Assembly (NCBI RefSeq): GCF_006345805.1
Contig: NC_042999.1
Span: 173,352,001 to 173,416,000, forward strand
From: Octopus sinensis
Taxonomy: Eukaryota
Length of the DNA: 64,000 bases
Direction of reading: 5' to 3'
Shown here: positions 24,837-38,753 of the stretch, piece by piece
Position numbering within the stretch: the first letter of the stretch is position 1
How the letters are laid out: every line of letters starts with the position of its first letter
Position numbers and translations under genes: made by a program
The notes under the pieces: generated by a model
Databases searched by the model: none
Seen by the model: only the letters and a program-made list of their open reading frames with translations
Told to the model about the DNA's origin: nothing

Positions 24837-25520
24837 ATATATACATATACATTGCAGGTGTGTGTGTGTGTGGTGTGTGTGTGTGTGTGTGTGTGCGTGC
24901 GTGTATAGATAGATAGAATCAAATGATACATCGCAATGCAGTTCCGCCATAATTTAGATCGTAAATATTGAATACTTAACAAAACAACTTCTCAAACCTA
25001 AGGTTCAATTTGAATATTGAAAGCCATTATAGAGAAAGAATAATATTTAAATTAGAAAATATTCGAATATTCAATGCGTTTTAGTTATCTCGTATTTAAC
25101 ATGTGGATACAAAAGAAAACATTGTAAGGTTTTGAAAAAAGTGCCAAAGCTTTCATTATTATGGCGCCATAAAAAAAATCATGTTTTCACAAACCAAAAT
25201 CACGTATTTCAAAATTCAGTGTACGAAATGTCCTCCGCTATAATTTATATATCTCATATATTTATACACGAACGGTAAAACTATATTTTGGCGCAGTTGA
25301 CTAATGAATCTGAAAGCAGTTATTCTTACAAATTGTTCAAGTTCTTAGAAATGTATTTTATATCCATAGAGAATTTTAGATAACCATGAACCGACCCGTA
25401 TATTTCAATACGGTGATATAAAAACGTATTTCGATTTTCTATTATATTGTTAACAAAAAAGGGCGTACTACTTACTAATGTTAGAGATACATTTATATGT
25501 AGATATATGCATGTATATTT

Positions 25521-25941
25521 TACATACAAAATTAAGAGGAATGGCCGCTTAAGTAGATTTCTGATATGCTAAATATAGACGTCAAATCGCCATTACTACG
25601 AAGAGTCTGTTCTCAAGAAAATAAAATTCAGCAAACGCCAAAATGCAAAAATGAGCAAGACAAATGAAAATATGCAAAATAAATTGTGTTTTGTAAGTGA
25701 CAGACTGTACTGATGATCTTGCAGATATTTACATACGTAAATATTAACAAGTAAAACCATGGACCGTAGGTAATCGTTTTTTATTTCGTATATTTTCATT
25801 TGTGTTGCTCATTTTTGCATTTTGGTGCTTGCTGAAATTTTTTCCTTCAGAACACACTCTTCGTAGTAATGGCAATTTGACGTCTATATTTAGCATATTA
25901 GGAGTCCTCTTTACTGTTCCTTATCTTAATTTTGTATGTAA
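25521..25941. repeat. Foldback element: ~155-bp diverged inverted arms around a decayed hammerhead
   Basis: 25521-25674 vs ~25788-25941 are reverse complements; spacer has CTGATGA (25710-25716), hairpin CTTG..ATATTTAC/GTAAATAT..CAAG, AAAA instead of GAAA, palindrome CCATGG. Confidence 0.75.
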
Positions 25942-26027
25942 TATAATTTTTAATCTTCGGATATTTTAAATATGCTAAGCCACTGTTTTAATTAATTAGT
26001 ATCAATTTCTACCCTCATTATTTAATC

Positions 26028-26059
<32 letters not shown>

Positions 26060-26204
26060 ATAATATTATATGAAATAGACTTGTATTCCCATGCAGGAAA
26101 GAATATAAAAAAATGGTTTGCTTCAGGGTTTGAATATACACCTGAATCTAAAAACGCGTAGTCGTTTTTAAATTTCGAAGATTTATTCATATACCATACT
26201 AGTT

Positions 26205-27248
26205 GGTGCCTTCCTCTCAGATCGCTCCTTCCAAGTCCAAGTAAATGGTTCGCTGTCCGACGTCTTCAGTGCGAGCAGTGGTGTGCCTCAAGGTTCAGTG
26301 CTTGGGCCCTTATTGTTCTTAGTCCTCATAAATGACTTGCCCGACGACCTCACGCAACACACCCTTCTATTTGCCGACGATGTCAAACTGGTCGCTCCTC
26401 GCGGTGATATAGAGGATCTTCGTCGATGCCTCCACCAAATTTGGAGATGGTCTAACGAAAGGGACCTGTGTCTGAACGTGTCAAAGTGCTGTCATCTGCC
26501 TGTTGGCTCTCCTCCTGCAACTCGATTTCGAGCCGGGTCGTCTGCTGCTGGAGAGGACCGACCAGGTAAAGGACCTGGGTATCTTGGTAGATTCCCCCTT
26601 TTCGCCTTCGGCCCAGTGCGTCCATCCTGCCAACAAAGCACGCGGAGTTCTGTTCTTGATTCGACGGTCATTCGGAATGCTCACAGCAGCCATATTCCTA
26701 CCGCTCTATGTCACGCTGGTGAGACCCATATAGGAGTACGGGATTCAAGCTTCTTCTCCTTATCTCCTGAAAGACATACAGCATCTCGAAAGAGTTCAGA
26801 AGCTGGCTACCCGCATGGTTCTTGGTCTCAAGACTTTGTCTAATGAAACTAGGCTGAAGACGCTCGACCTTTATTCTCTAGAAAAACGGCGACGCCGTGG
26901 TGATCTCATTCTTGCTCACAACATCATAAGCGGAAAGTGTAACCTCTGGAAAGAGCTGTTCTTCACTCCTGCTCCAGAGCGTCGGCTGCGGAGTCATTCC
27001 GAAAAGCTCTATCTGCGACGATTTCATCTCAATCGAAGAAGAGGGGCTTTCTCCGTCCGGGTTGCGGATCCGTGGAATAAGCTGCCGGACGAGATGGTGA
27101 AATGCCGACGACCGCTCGGTTCAAAGTCTCCCTTGACCACAAGTGGCCTGAACTCTTTACATGAACACTAACCGGTACGTAACTCCATGCCCCCCTACAT
27201 GGCTTTGCTTTTTGCTTTTTGAGCCAAAAAATTAACTAACTAACTAAC
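26205..27248 (+). mobile_element. CR1/Jockey-group LINE, 5'-truncated RT and 3' UTR with (TAAC)n tail
   Basis: FLSDRSFQVQVNG...SGVPQGSVLGPLLFLVLINDLP...LFADDVKL, KDLGILVD, LYVTLVRPI, LYSLEKRRRRGDLI, FSVRVADPWNKLP; a few frameshifts; tail TAACTAACTAAC; possible AGTT duplication at 26201-26204 and 27250-27253. Confidence 0.93.
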
Positions 27249-28741
27249 AAGTTTCGACAATGGTTTTGCTTATCAATTGTACAAATGTATAAATAAGGAT
27301 TTTAGGAAAGTTTAATTTCTATAAGGTAAAAATTGGACGAACATGTTTTAACGCTGAATAGTCAAGTGTTTAATCAAAAATGAAATAGAAACTATAATAA
27401 CGAGAGACATCCAAAACAAGAAAACCCAATCACACACTAAAATCTTTTGTCTTACCTATCAACACACAACCCAGAGAACATTGATGCATACAACATCTTC
27501 CATCAGAATATACCTCTCCTACTGAGCGACCTGCCAATTAAAACAGCTTTCGAAACGCATAAATTTCTTAAAAGTAAAAGACAATCCAAATCCCCCAAAA
27601 CGTTAATTAACAGCACCAAATTACCCACCCAAAATACAACCCCACTAGTCAAAAAATGCAACCACTTGAACTATGGCACTTGCATCAATTTATGGAAGGT
27701 TCAACATATGAATTCAAATCAGTTCAAATATTCACCATAAAAATCACTTCATCTGTGCATCGAAGAACTTAATTTATGTTCTCAAATGTCATTGGTGTGG
27801 TGGGGACTACACAGGTCAAGTCAAACTAGCATGACCTATATAACTGATCCGGGGCCCACGAACAGGAAAATTCCCGTAAGCAAATGGGATCAATGCCCTG
27901 CAGTCATAAATCCGAAATACCAAATGTTCCCTTCCTGTCAATGAACCAGAATCATTTCCACTCAATTCTGATTGAATAAGGAAACCATCCCTATTCGTTA
28001 AAAAAATAAAAGCGCACATAAATATTCTAGTATAACACACCTGAAAGAGAAAACCCATTATTTCCACAAAAACCTACAAGACAACAGATATTAGTCGAAA
28101 CGTTTAGGTAACAGGCTTCTTCGGGGATTTAAAACCCCAACTCTAAATTACTATACACTTTCTCAAACAACAGTCACTGACGTCACCTCAGAAAGAAACC
28201 AATGAAATTTTTCTGTGGTCAGAACCGGACGTTCAGGAAAGAAAAGAAAAAAAAAACAAATAGTGACTTCCTGAAGGAAACATCTAACCGGAACGATAAA
28301 TGACTATCAAACAAAAACAAGTTACCGTGTCTATACCAGGTCAATCAGACAGCACGCTGAACGTTGCCAAAACAACAATATTTTGTCCAAAACGGAAAAT
28401 ATTTTTGATCAAAATAAAGTGACATTATGAAACCTACAAGCAAAACTATAACCAATCAAAAATTGGATTCTTTTCCGTAATATATACATATATATTTATA
28501 TATATATATCAACTCTACCCTTTTCTCTTTTTTCTTCACTTTTTGCATATAAACTCAACGTGATCTTTCAATAGTATACATTTGTTATGATCTTCACCAA
28601 ACATTTGCACTTATATTACCAGCTATCCCCGTGAAATTGATTGAAATTTCTGAGAATATTTGAACATATGAGCGTTAAGTCATGCTTGTCCAATTTTTAC
28701 CTTTTAACTTTGCACTCTCCTAATCCATTTATTTATCTATT

Positions 28742-28789
28742 CGTACCACTGAGATGCAAAAGTTTGTCGAAACTCTTAATAGTTCGGTA
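28742..28789 (+). ncRNA. Decayed hammerhead in the Penelope 3' pLTR
   Basis: GTACCA-CTGAGAT-GCAAA-ag-TTTGTC-GAAA-CT-cttaat-AG-TT-CGGTAT; core spacing altered. Confidence 0.5.
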
Positions 28790-28873
28790 TGTGAATAAAT
28801 CTACAAAATTTAATAACGACTACGTGGTTTTAGATTCAACTGCATTTTCAAAATCTAAAAACAAATTCTATCA

Positions 28874-31116
28874 AGGCCGGTTTATGGCGTTACTCTGTTT
28901 CCCATCCATAAAGGGTTCAAATTGATGACGCGTCGTCACATGCCAATGCCTGATTACCTAAGACCACTTTAAAATATAGAGGAGAAAGAATCTTGATACA
29001 AAATTCAAAAGTAAACAAGGGGATTATCTCCCTTTTCTAGTGAGTATTGACTTCTAGTCGTGGTGCCATCAATCGGCTATGACGGTAAACAATAGGGGAT
29101 TATCTCCCTCTTCCACGAGTTATCAAATTTTTGTTCCCAAAAGGCCAGCACAAATTTCATAAAATGCAATTATCACTTAAAATCTCCGTTCTGGAGTGAA
29201 GTATGGCCCCTGGTTCGAGCGATCTTTTTAGGATCCCCGTAAGTTCGGCTATGCATAGCTTGCAGCGTTTCATACCGTTTATGTAGGGGCCTCGTCTTTC
29301 GAGGATTTTCCCTGAGATTGAATGTGGAATTCTGTCGTCCTTTAGTTGCCATACATGGCCAGCCAGCGATGTTACGTACCTACTTTCTGGGACCCGGAAG
29401 GAGGTTCTGTAGTTGGAAACACGTATTTAAATGAATTTGCCGTATAACCAATGTATTCTCGTGGACGCGCGATGTATGTGCTGTGTCTATTATTGTTGCC
29501 ATGGGTACTGCTGCTGCTGCCGCTGCTACTGCTGCTACTGCTGCTGTTTATGTTGTTGCAATTGTGGCTACCGATGTCGTTGTTTTCGGCAGTGTTTTTG
29601 TTGCTGCTGCTGTTGCCGATGCTGATGTGTATAGAGCTAGGGCTGTAGGAGCTAACGCTGTAGGAGTTAAGGCTGTAGGAGCTAGGACTGCTGGTGTTGG
29701 TGCCGCAGGCGGTGGTGGTTGCGTCAGTAATGTTGTTAATGTTACCGCCTCTGTTGATGTTGATATCAATTCTGCCGATGTTATCGCTGCTGTTGCTGTT
29801 TTCGCCGTTGTTCCTGCCGCTCCTGAAGTTGACGCTGCTATAGCTAGAGCGGAGTCTGTTGGTGTTGTTGGTGTTGGCGAAGGTGGGGCTTGTGGTGACA
29901 TTGGTAATGCTATCGCTGTTACTGTTGCTACAATTGGGGTTGTGAGGCTTGTCGGTGTGGACTTTTCAGGTCTGCTACTGTGGGCATCAGGAAAGCTGTT
30001 AAGGCTGGCGTTATGGGCGACGCCACTGTAGCCGATGTTAGTGATGGTGCTGTCGAGGTTGTGGATGGCGTTGTCGTTGGTGCTACTGTTGTTGACGTCG
30101 CTAACGCTGTCTGCTGCGGTAGTGGTGGCGGTATTGTTGGCTCTGTTGTTGGCCCTGGTACCGTATTTGCCGGTGGAATTGGCAGGGTTTGCTCGTACTT
30201 ATAGTATGGGGCCGCGGCGTCAAAGTAATCTTGGTTAGAGGAAAGGCTCGAAATGCAGGTTCTTGAATACGATGGGTGGGTGACAGGATGCCGTGTTGAT
30301 GTAAGTATGTCTCTCGTTTAGTTTGCGGTAGGGTCTGTAAACACCGGAGCCCAAGTGTAGCATGACATCCGTTGTGGCGATCTTCAATCTCGTGGAGGTA
30401 AGCGTGTTGATTAAGTGCTACCTAGGCCCATCTAGTCTACGCAGTTTGATTCCCTGGAGATGGGTGTCATCCCTGTAGACGCCAAAGAGGACAGAGGAGA
30501 ATTTTTCGTAAGGGTATCCTGGATATATAACCTTTTGAGGTGACACCCGTCAGCTCTGTCGTAAGCCCCAATCGCTACCTCAAAGGAGCCCGTGAGGTTG
30601 CATTGTTTGACCCATGCCGAATCTTTGTTGAACAGTAATCTCTTTCTTGCATGCATAATAATTTTTACATCTCTATCGTTAAGGCTAGTAAAGCCCCTAG
30701 CGAAAGAAAGCACTTTGGTAAGTATTCCTTTTGATATAGCCGAATGCATGAGGATCCTAAAATACTCGCTCGAACAAGGGGCCATAATTAACTCCAGAAC
30801 GGAGATTTCCGGGCTATGCTTATATTTTAGGAAATTCCTGCTGGTGTTTTCGGAACCGGAAGTTGATAGCTAGTGGATGAGAGAGATAATCCCCTATTGT
30901 TTACCGTTATAGCTGACTGATTGCGACACTGTAGGAAGTCGATAGCCACAAGCAAAGGGAGATAATTCCCTTGTATACTTTTGCATTTTGTATCAAGATC
31001 TTTCCCCTCTATATTCTCAAGATATTTTACGCCATCAGGCATTGGGGTGTGACGACACGCGATAAAGTTGAAGCCTTTATGGACGAGAAACCCAGAGTAA
31101 CCCCATAAACCGGCCT
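28874..31116 (-). mobile_element. 5'-truncated Penelope-like element (RT + GIY-YIG) with ~250-bp inverted pLTRs
   Basis: Minus strand IIMHARKRLLFNKDSAWVK...FEVAIGAYDRADGC (cf. FDVTMGSYDGAEVC), YRPYRKLN..YINTASCHPP, long T/P/A-rich linker, YIGYTANSFK, SLAGHVWQLK, CKLCIAE; 28874-29125 and 30862-31116 are diverged inverted repeats. Confidence 0.88.
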
Positions 31117-31803
31117 TCACCAGAAAATTATATGCGTGTGTGTGTGAGTGTGCGCGCGTTATATTGTTATATAAGACTTGAAGAAAATTATCAAGTCTTC
31201 AAAAACTCTTGGAACTTGATTTGTCTCTCACACTGTTATTGGGTCTTTTCCAGTGTAGATTTGCATTTTCGAGGCACAAGATGTTTCACTGTCACAGATT
31301 GACCAAAGTTTATTTCTTTGCTTCCCTGGTTTTGAAGGAATATATGCGCGGAATGGGCAGCGCTCTCTGAATGAAACTAAGGAAACTGTCATGCATGAAC
31401 TTGGAACATATCCATCTTATCAATATAGCATTTCATTATAGGGACAGCACTTCTCTGAAACGATCGTAAGATGCTTTAAAAACTTAATAGAACACTTTTA
31501 AACTGTCACATACATTATATATTTATACTTATAAATATGTACATATATTTTTATATATATTTATAAATTTAATACAACAATTATTTTACACGCGTATATA
31601 TCTTTCTGAAGAATTCTCTAATATTGATTTCCCGATATTAATAATAATATATTATAAAATATATATAATGGTTCGTATTAAATATATAAATACTTTAATA
31701 GTATTAACACTTTGATACAATAGAGCACTCAATATAAATTCAGTATAGAATATTCTCATTGACTATATTTAACGAAAGAGATTTATATATATACATATGT
31801 GTG

Positions 31804-31842
<39 letters not shown>

Positions 31843-31843
31843 T

Positions 31844-31878
<35 letters not shown>

Positions 31879-32974
31879 TTTTTATTCATTTTTCTTACGA
31901 AATAGTATTATATATCCATATGTAACTTAAGCAAGTCACGTTTAGAAGAATCCTGTCTTCTTAATTTGAAAAATTTCTGCAAGACACGAGACACTATAGA
32001 AAGCATTACAATATTACATAATCTGCTTTATCTAAGTGGTACTCTGTATTCATTTTCTACCAAAATTGTTATTTGGAAAATTAGTTTCATTGCTGCTCAT
32101 TTGGATGTCAGCCTTAACTAATAATACTTTTGAGTAGAGTTGTTTAAGCGGAGCTTATTCTTTTCTTTTTGTTTTTGTTTTGATTTTTTTTTTCAAAGAG
32201 GAAAATGCATGAGGAAAAATGTACTGCCTTTTCTTTTATGTTCTACATAGCTTGAGATAACTTGAACTGGAATTCATATCCAAATACAAAATATTTTCCT
32301 TACGTTTTCCTAGTTGGCGATCGATCACGTTCTTTCTTGCCAAGCGTAAGCATCTAAGATTTCATTATTCATATTCTTGGTTACAGTACATTTTCCTCCT
32401 TTAACTACATACCTCGCCCAAATGAAACATTCCAAGAAAAAAATTCTATCATTCGCAAGATATATTCCTATATTTAGTAAGCTAATAGTTTATTAGAAAG
32501 TTGCTGATATCCCGTATATTTTTCCAAATGTTGCTCGATTTCTTTTTTATTATTTTTTTTGTACGATTACTTTGTATATTACATTTCACATTGAGAGCCA
32601 TATGTTTATTTCATCAGATATGATATGTTTGTAATTATTTAAATCTTCTGTCAGTGACCTTACACTCATATTTTCCTTGTTTGAAATCATTCTGTGAATA
32701 TTTGCACATCTTTAAATACGATATCCTACGACGATCGGAGAAAATGAATGATGGAAATTTTGTGTAAATACATCAGTTCTAAAGATGTTTTTCATTTATG
32801 ACGGTAAAGTGAGTATTTCAAAAAAGAATAAACTCATCGACTCTCAGTTATTGAAGCAAAAGGCCGTAACCAGTGACTGACCAGCAATATGAATTCTGTT
32901 GGGTTTTTTTGTATTAATGTTCTGCAGAAAGAAGTCTTTTCCTATTTTCAACGCTTGTTAATGCATGGGCCGCA

Positions 32975-33410
32975 AGGAAGGAGGAGGCGAACGACGACGT
33001 CGACAACGAAGAAGGGGAAGAAGAAGAAGAAGAAGAAGAAGAAGAAGAAGAAGAAGAAGAAGAAGAAGAAGAAGAAAGAGAAGATGAAGAAGAAGAAGAA
33101 GGAGAAGAAGAAGAAAAGAAGAAAGAGAAGAATAAAAAGAAGAAGAAGAAGAAGAAGAAAAAGAAAGAGAAGAAGAAAAAAAAGAAGAAGAAGAAGAAGA
33201 AGAAGAAAGAGAAGAAAGAGAAGAAGAAGAAGAAGAAGAAAGAGAAGATGAAGAAGAAGAAGGGGAAGAAGAAGAAGGGGAAGATGAAGAAGGGGAAGAT
33301 GAAGAAGGGGAAGATGAAGAAGTTGAAGAAGAACAACAACAACAACAAGAAAGAGAAGAACAAGAAGAATATCAACGACAGCAAAAGCAGCAGCAACAGC
33401 AACAACGGTG
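32975..33410. repeat. (GAA)n-rich low-complexity tract
   Basis: GAA/GAAGGG/CAA triplet arrays; explains poly-K/R/F ORFs. Confidence 0.92.
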
Positions 33411-33881
33411 AGTGAAAGCAAACTGAGAGAATTTGATGAATAAGAGAATTGATGAGAGATGCTGGAAGAGGAAATTAGATGAACATGGAAAAAGGTTGGT
33501 CGAGTCAAGAACATGTGGAGAATTTTCACAAAATCCCTCTACATCCGGAGAGTGCTGATGATTAATGGAGTATATTCTATGCATATGCATGTATTTGTGT
33601 CCTACCATCACTCTAGCAGCATCAACAACACCATCAAAAAGAGAAAGAAAGTATCATTCCATTGATGAAGGTAGTAGCTGAATACTCATTACAATATTTA
33701 TTTTGATACTATCTTGTGATCTGTTAGTGAAGAGATTATCAATGAAAGATTAGTGAGGCAGAGGTAAAGTATTTAGCTTGATATGCTTTAATAATACACA
33801 TGCACTCACACACACATATACATATGTACGCACACATCCATCCATCCATATATTCGCTTACATACTAACATACATGCATAC

Positions 33882-33929
<48 letters not shown>

Positions 33930-34016
33930 GTATGCATGTATGTTTGTAAGCGAATATATGGATGTATGTATGTGTGTACGTATATATAGATATATATACA
34001 TATACACATATATATA

Positions 34017-34056
<40 letters not shown>

Positions 34057-34147
34057 CATACATACATACACACACATATGCGGTGAAGAGAAAGTGCTCT
34101 GTACAGAAATGATTAATGATGATGATAAAGGAGAAGAGGCGAAGGAA

Positions 34148-34178
<31 letters not shown>

Positions 34179-37100
34179 AAGAAGAAGGAGAAGAAGAAGA
34201 AGAAGAAGAAGAAGAAGAGAAGAAGAAGAAGAAGAAGAAGAAGAAGAAGAAGAAGAAGAAGAATAAGAAGAAGAAGATGAATGGAGGGGATTATAGGGTA
34301 TCATTATCGATGATGATGTATTCGTGGCAAAGAAACAGGAAAAGAAACGCTTGCTTATAGCTTCTTATCTTCTTGAACCTTAAATCAATCATTGTCCAGC
34401 AAACCCATGATGAAAGGAATTTAAGCTGTGAGTAGGCTCTCATGTTAGGAATGAGAGTTGAGGCATATATGTGCACTATTTAGAGTAGTCACACAATTAT
34501 GCAGTGACTCCTTCGTTGGCACTCTGCCTTAAGGATTATGATCAGGCGAGAAAATGGCGTCAAGTGACTCCAGCACATGATTGAAACGGCAAAGAGTGAA
34601 CGAGGTATACAATAGCAATTCTGAGGATGGAAAAGGAACTACTGATGATTAAAATTTTGTTCTCGCTGTTATCCTAAAATTCGTTATGGACGGAAAGAAG
34701 GAAAAGATAAGAGAAGAGAACCAGAAGGAGAAGTGAGAAGAAAAACAGAAGACGAAAGAGAAGGTGATGATGATGATGATTAGGATGATGATGATGATCA
34801 TCATCATGACTACTGCTACTATGAATATAGCAGCAACAACAACATCCAAATAAAAGAAGAAACAAGCATCATGCCATTCATGAAAACAAATCACAACACT
34901 CAGTATCTATAGAAAATCCTGACTGCATGCACTTATCTACTTTAAAAACGTATTTGAAATGTCCATCAATGAATAATTCTACGGAATTTTGAAGTGCCTA
35001 CTTCAAGTCTTTATTTTTTTAATAAACCTTTTCAATCTTTCGTGATTAATTTACATACCAGTTTGCTTTATTGAAATATAGCTAAACTGCAGCAGCCATG
35101 CTACACACGAAAAGCAAACAGAACTCGACAGTAACAATAAGCATGGTAATGAATATATCATCAACATTACTATAAGTATTAACACAGCAAGAAGTAGCGA
35201 ATTGAAGGAGGCAGGTGAAATATGCATTATATAGGTTGCATATTTAATATGAGGAAAAAGTATTTAAAGCAATCTACAACGTACATTCAATTATATATAA
35301 ACATATTTTCCTTCAAGCATCTGAGCTCAAATCCAGTAGATTATAGTTTACTGAGTAAGCTAAGTGGTGCAGATGGATACGAACCGCAGTAATATGTTGA
35401 TACGTAGGTCTTATGGATATCATGTAACCACAAGACTATTTTGCTGTCGTACATCTCGGATGATGTGATGTCAAGTTTACTGGTGCTTATCACCTTGTCG
35501 GCTGCGATTGAAAATAGTTATGATCAAAGGCATTCTAACCCGTACTAGCCAATTATATTTTCTTTTATATTTGCTACAAACCGAAACTGACCTCTTAAGA
35601 AACAGCCAGGATGTGGTTTGTGTGAGGCGTACTAAATATTTCAAGCAAGTCGAGAAAATAAGTAGAGACGGTCTCCATTCAGGAGGAAAACATAATTCAA
35701 TTGATACACGCATGAAGGGAATCCGCTTAAATTTATTCTGTTCAAGAGTAAAAAAAATAATATAAGAATAGAGAGAGAATCAGAAGACAGCAGCGGAAAA
35801 AGAAACATGTTCAGAGGTGAAGAGCATGTGTGCTGGAACCAACAGAATTAACCGAAATTTCCTCATTCACAGGGTCAACAATAGAAAGAGACAATAGCGA
35901 TTAAGAATGTAAGGGTTCGTCTCCCATAATATGGGACCTATGCGACAACAGGAGAAACAATATAGCCATATGGGTTTGTAGTGATGAAGTGGACAAGTTG
36001 AAGAAAGACGCGGGAAAAATAGTAGGTAAATTATAAGGCGTGTGAAGGAGGAACACAGAGTGGATCAGGAGTAAGAGCAAGTACGATACGGGAAGAAGAG
36101 CACATCCTGCTGTAAGAAGAGCACATCCATTCACAGTTTTTAGAGCCATAAACAAAAATATACTGGATTTGTAAAACGATTTAAGTATAAACAAGAGAAA
36201 TACTATGATGACTGAGAAGCGGATAGGTAATAACGAATAGAAACCAATTATGATAAATTAATGGCAAATAAAACATTAATAATCTACAAGCTGCAAAAAT
36301 TCAGGGACCAAATGAAGTAAAAATCTACCAATCTAGGCCGCCAGCGAAGATGATCAGAATTGTAGGTTGAACTAAGTCTACGTATGCGGCAGTTTATCAC
36401 TTAATGTTAAATATGCTGTTCTTTTTTGTTTTGTACACAAAGCAATACGTTTTAATTTGTCTTCATGAATTTTATTACATGTATTCACTATGTCACATGA
36501 TCATTGATATATAGCATGTATACACACATATATGATCTCGTGTTTGTAAACGTGTATGTATGCCTGTATATGTTTGTACAGCTCCATATGTTGTGTAACC
36601 CTTTTGTTACATTGTTTGCATTTGTAATTGTGACCAACAAGAACTAACAATCGTTATAATTAATTTGATAGGTATGTTATTTAGTAGAAATATACACTTA
36701 CCCATATACCATCATTATTAGCTGTACTCATGCTTAATTGTTGGATATTCAATCAACGTACGATATAATTTTCCTACAACGTTAATTACCTGCAAAAATA
36801 ACAGCATTCCTTGTTGGTAGATATCAATTATAAACATGAAAATTTCTATCAAAAAATGGAGATGTACCCCATCCCCATTATAAAATAGGATTCGATAGAT
36901 ATATTTTTCTTACCTGAAATAAAACCCATTATGTTTTCTTTCAAATATTCCCGACGTTCTCCTAAGCGTAAGAGCTAATTCGAACAATGTTACTCCATAT
37001 CGTAAGACACTGGGACAGATATATTAACTTTTATTTCCCAGTTAGTATGACGATAACTTGCTACGCAACATTGTTGAGGTTTTGATAATGGCGTACATGA

Positions 37101-38117
37101 CAGAGTTAATGGTATATCTCACTGGCACTTTATGCTTATGTTGAAATAGATTTCATCTGACATCAAATTTTATGATACAATCCGTTTTGTTGTCACAAAA
37201 GACGTTGTGCTAAAAGTGTCTTTCAAGGGACACCAGCGAAGAATTATTTCGCAAATCTATTATACGAAACACTTATAATAATTCTAAACTGTGTATGTAT
37301 ATGGTTCTTTATTACCGAAAACATTTTTGCTTTTTATTTTGCAATTGTTACACATGATTGTTTCTTCTTACATCGATTATAGGAAGATGAAAGACAACGT
37401 CTGTGGGAACATGATTTAAGCTAAGAACGTAAAAGGAAGTAACTAAATAACGCTAAATATGTTGCTTTGTCTCATACTCATTGTGAAGTTTTATCATCCT
37501 CACACACTTATAATAGTTTTATTTTCACAAAATATTTCTTTAAACATACAGAAACACACATCTGGCTTCTGCTGAATCTATTATAATTCAGTTTTTACTA
37601 AACTGACCTTTGGAGATTTTCAACTTAAAGCAGCGATACATACCATTTCAAGATCTGTTTCTATTATCATTGCATCAAGGTGGCACTTCTATCGACAATA
37701 AGGACGAAAAACATGATAGAGACGGGGAGTAAAGGATGCTGAGAGAGAAGATGTAAAATAATGAAAAAGTTGTGGCTGTTGATGATAACGATTATGATGT
37801 TGAAAATATATTGTAATGATAGTTATATAGAAAATAGTATTGTTGGTGGGGATAATGACAATGATAATGATAGAACACAAAATAGTAGATTGCATTAAGA
37901 TTGCAATAGAGGGGATATACGTACAATAGAGTACAACAACGCAAGGACGTGGAACAAATATAGTATAATTGGACGCTCAGGAAAGAAGGGAAGAAGGAGC
38001 TCTTCGTCGGAAACATAGGAGAAGGAACGATCCAGAGAAGGGAAGACAGAGGAAAAAAAATCGCCAACGGTACACACAAGGTCACATTTTGAAATACATA
38101 TATACATATATATACAC

Positions 38118-38176
<59 letters not shown>

Positions 38177-38654
38177 TATATATATATATATATGAATATA
38201 TATAGTGAGTAGGGATAGGAGTGGAAGGAGGCTCTAAAAGACATGTCTAATTTCCATTAAGTGTGAATATGACATACTCTTCAGGATTGCAGCTAGCCAC
38301 TGTCCACTGTGGACGTAGTTTAACATCTAACTGCTTTTAGAACAGAATCCAATGACACACATGCTCACACACACATACACACAGACACACACAGGCACAT
38401 GCTGATATTCAGTCAGTAAGCAACTCTCCATCGTTTAGGATGTAAATGAATATATGTGAATTCTTGCATTAAAGAGATTTTTACCTCCTACATTCATAAT
38501 GCAATTTTAATTGTAAAATATGAATGTAGGTGACAAATTGGAACCTCTGTAGGGTGACATGAAATTGACTATTATATAAATAAATGATTTTTCTCCCTGT
38601 TACAACTCACCATTTTGTTAATATTATATATGAATGTACATATATATATATATA

Positions 38655-38695
<41 letters not shown>

Positions 38696-38712
38696 TATAT
38701 ATATAATATATA

Positions 38713-38753
<41 letters not shown>

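Larger units (their letters stand above)
26142..28845 (+). mobile_element. 5'-truncated Penelope-like element (GIY-YIG remnant) with inverted pLTR, interrupted by a CR1 LINE
   Basis: 27447-27830 gives LSYLSTHNPE, KSKRQSK, VKKC...GTC, FICASKNLIYVLKCHWCGGDYTGQ (GIY-YIG with C..C); 26142-26204 plus 27254-27282 is the reverse complement of ~28742-28838. Confidence 0.78.

Noticed and set aside
28073-28108. CCTA..GAC..GTC-GAAA-CG-TT-TAGG half-hammerhead
   Set aside because: Stems present but the CUGANGA core is missing.
29483-30238. Ala/Val-rich and Cys-rich plus-strand ORFs resembling membrane or metallothionein-like proteins
   Set aside because: Antisense reading of the low-complexity linker inside the minus-strand Penelope element.
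30905-30960. Possible hammerhead in the pLTR of the 28874-31116 Penelope (CTGATTG-CGAC..GTCG-ATA)
   Set aside because: Core and stem I not convincing, and not reproduced in the other pLTR copy.
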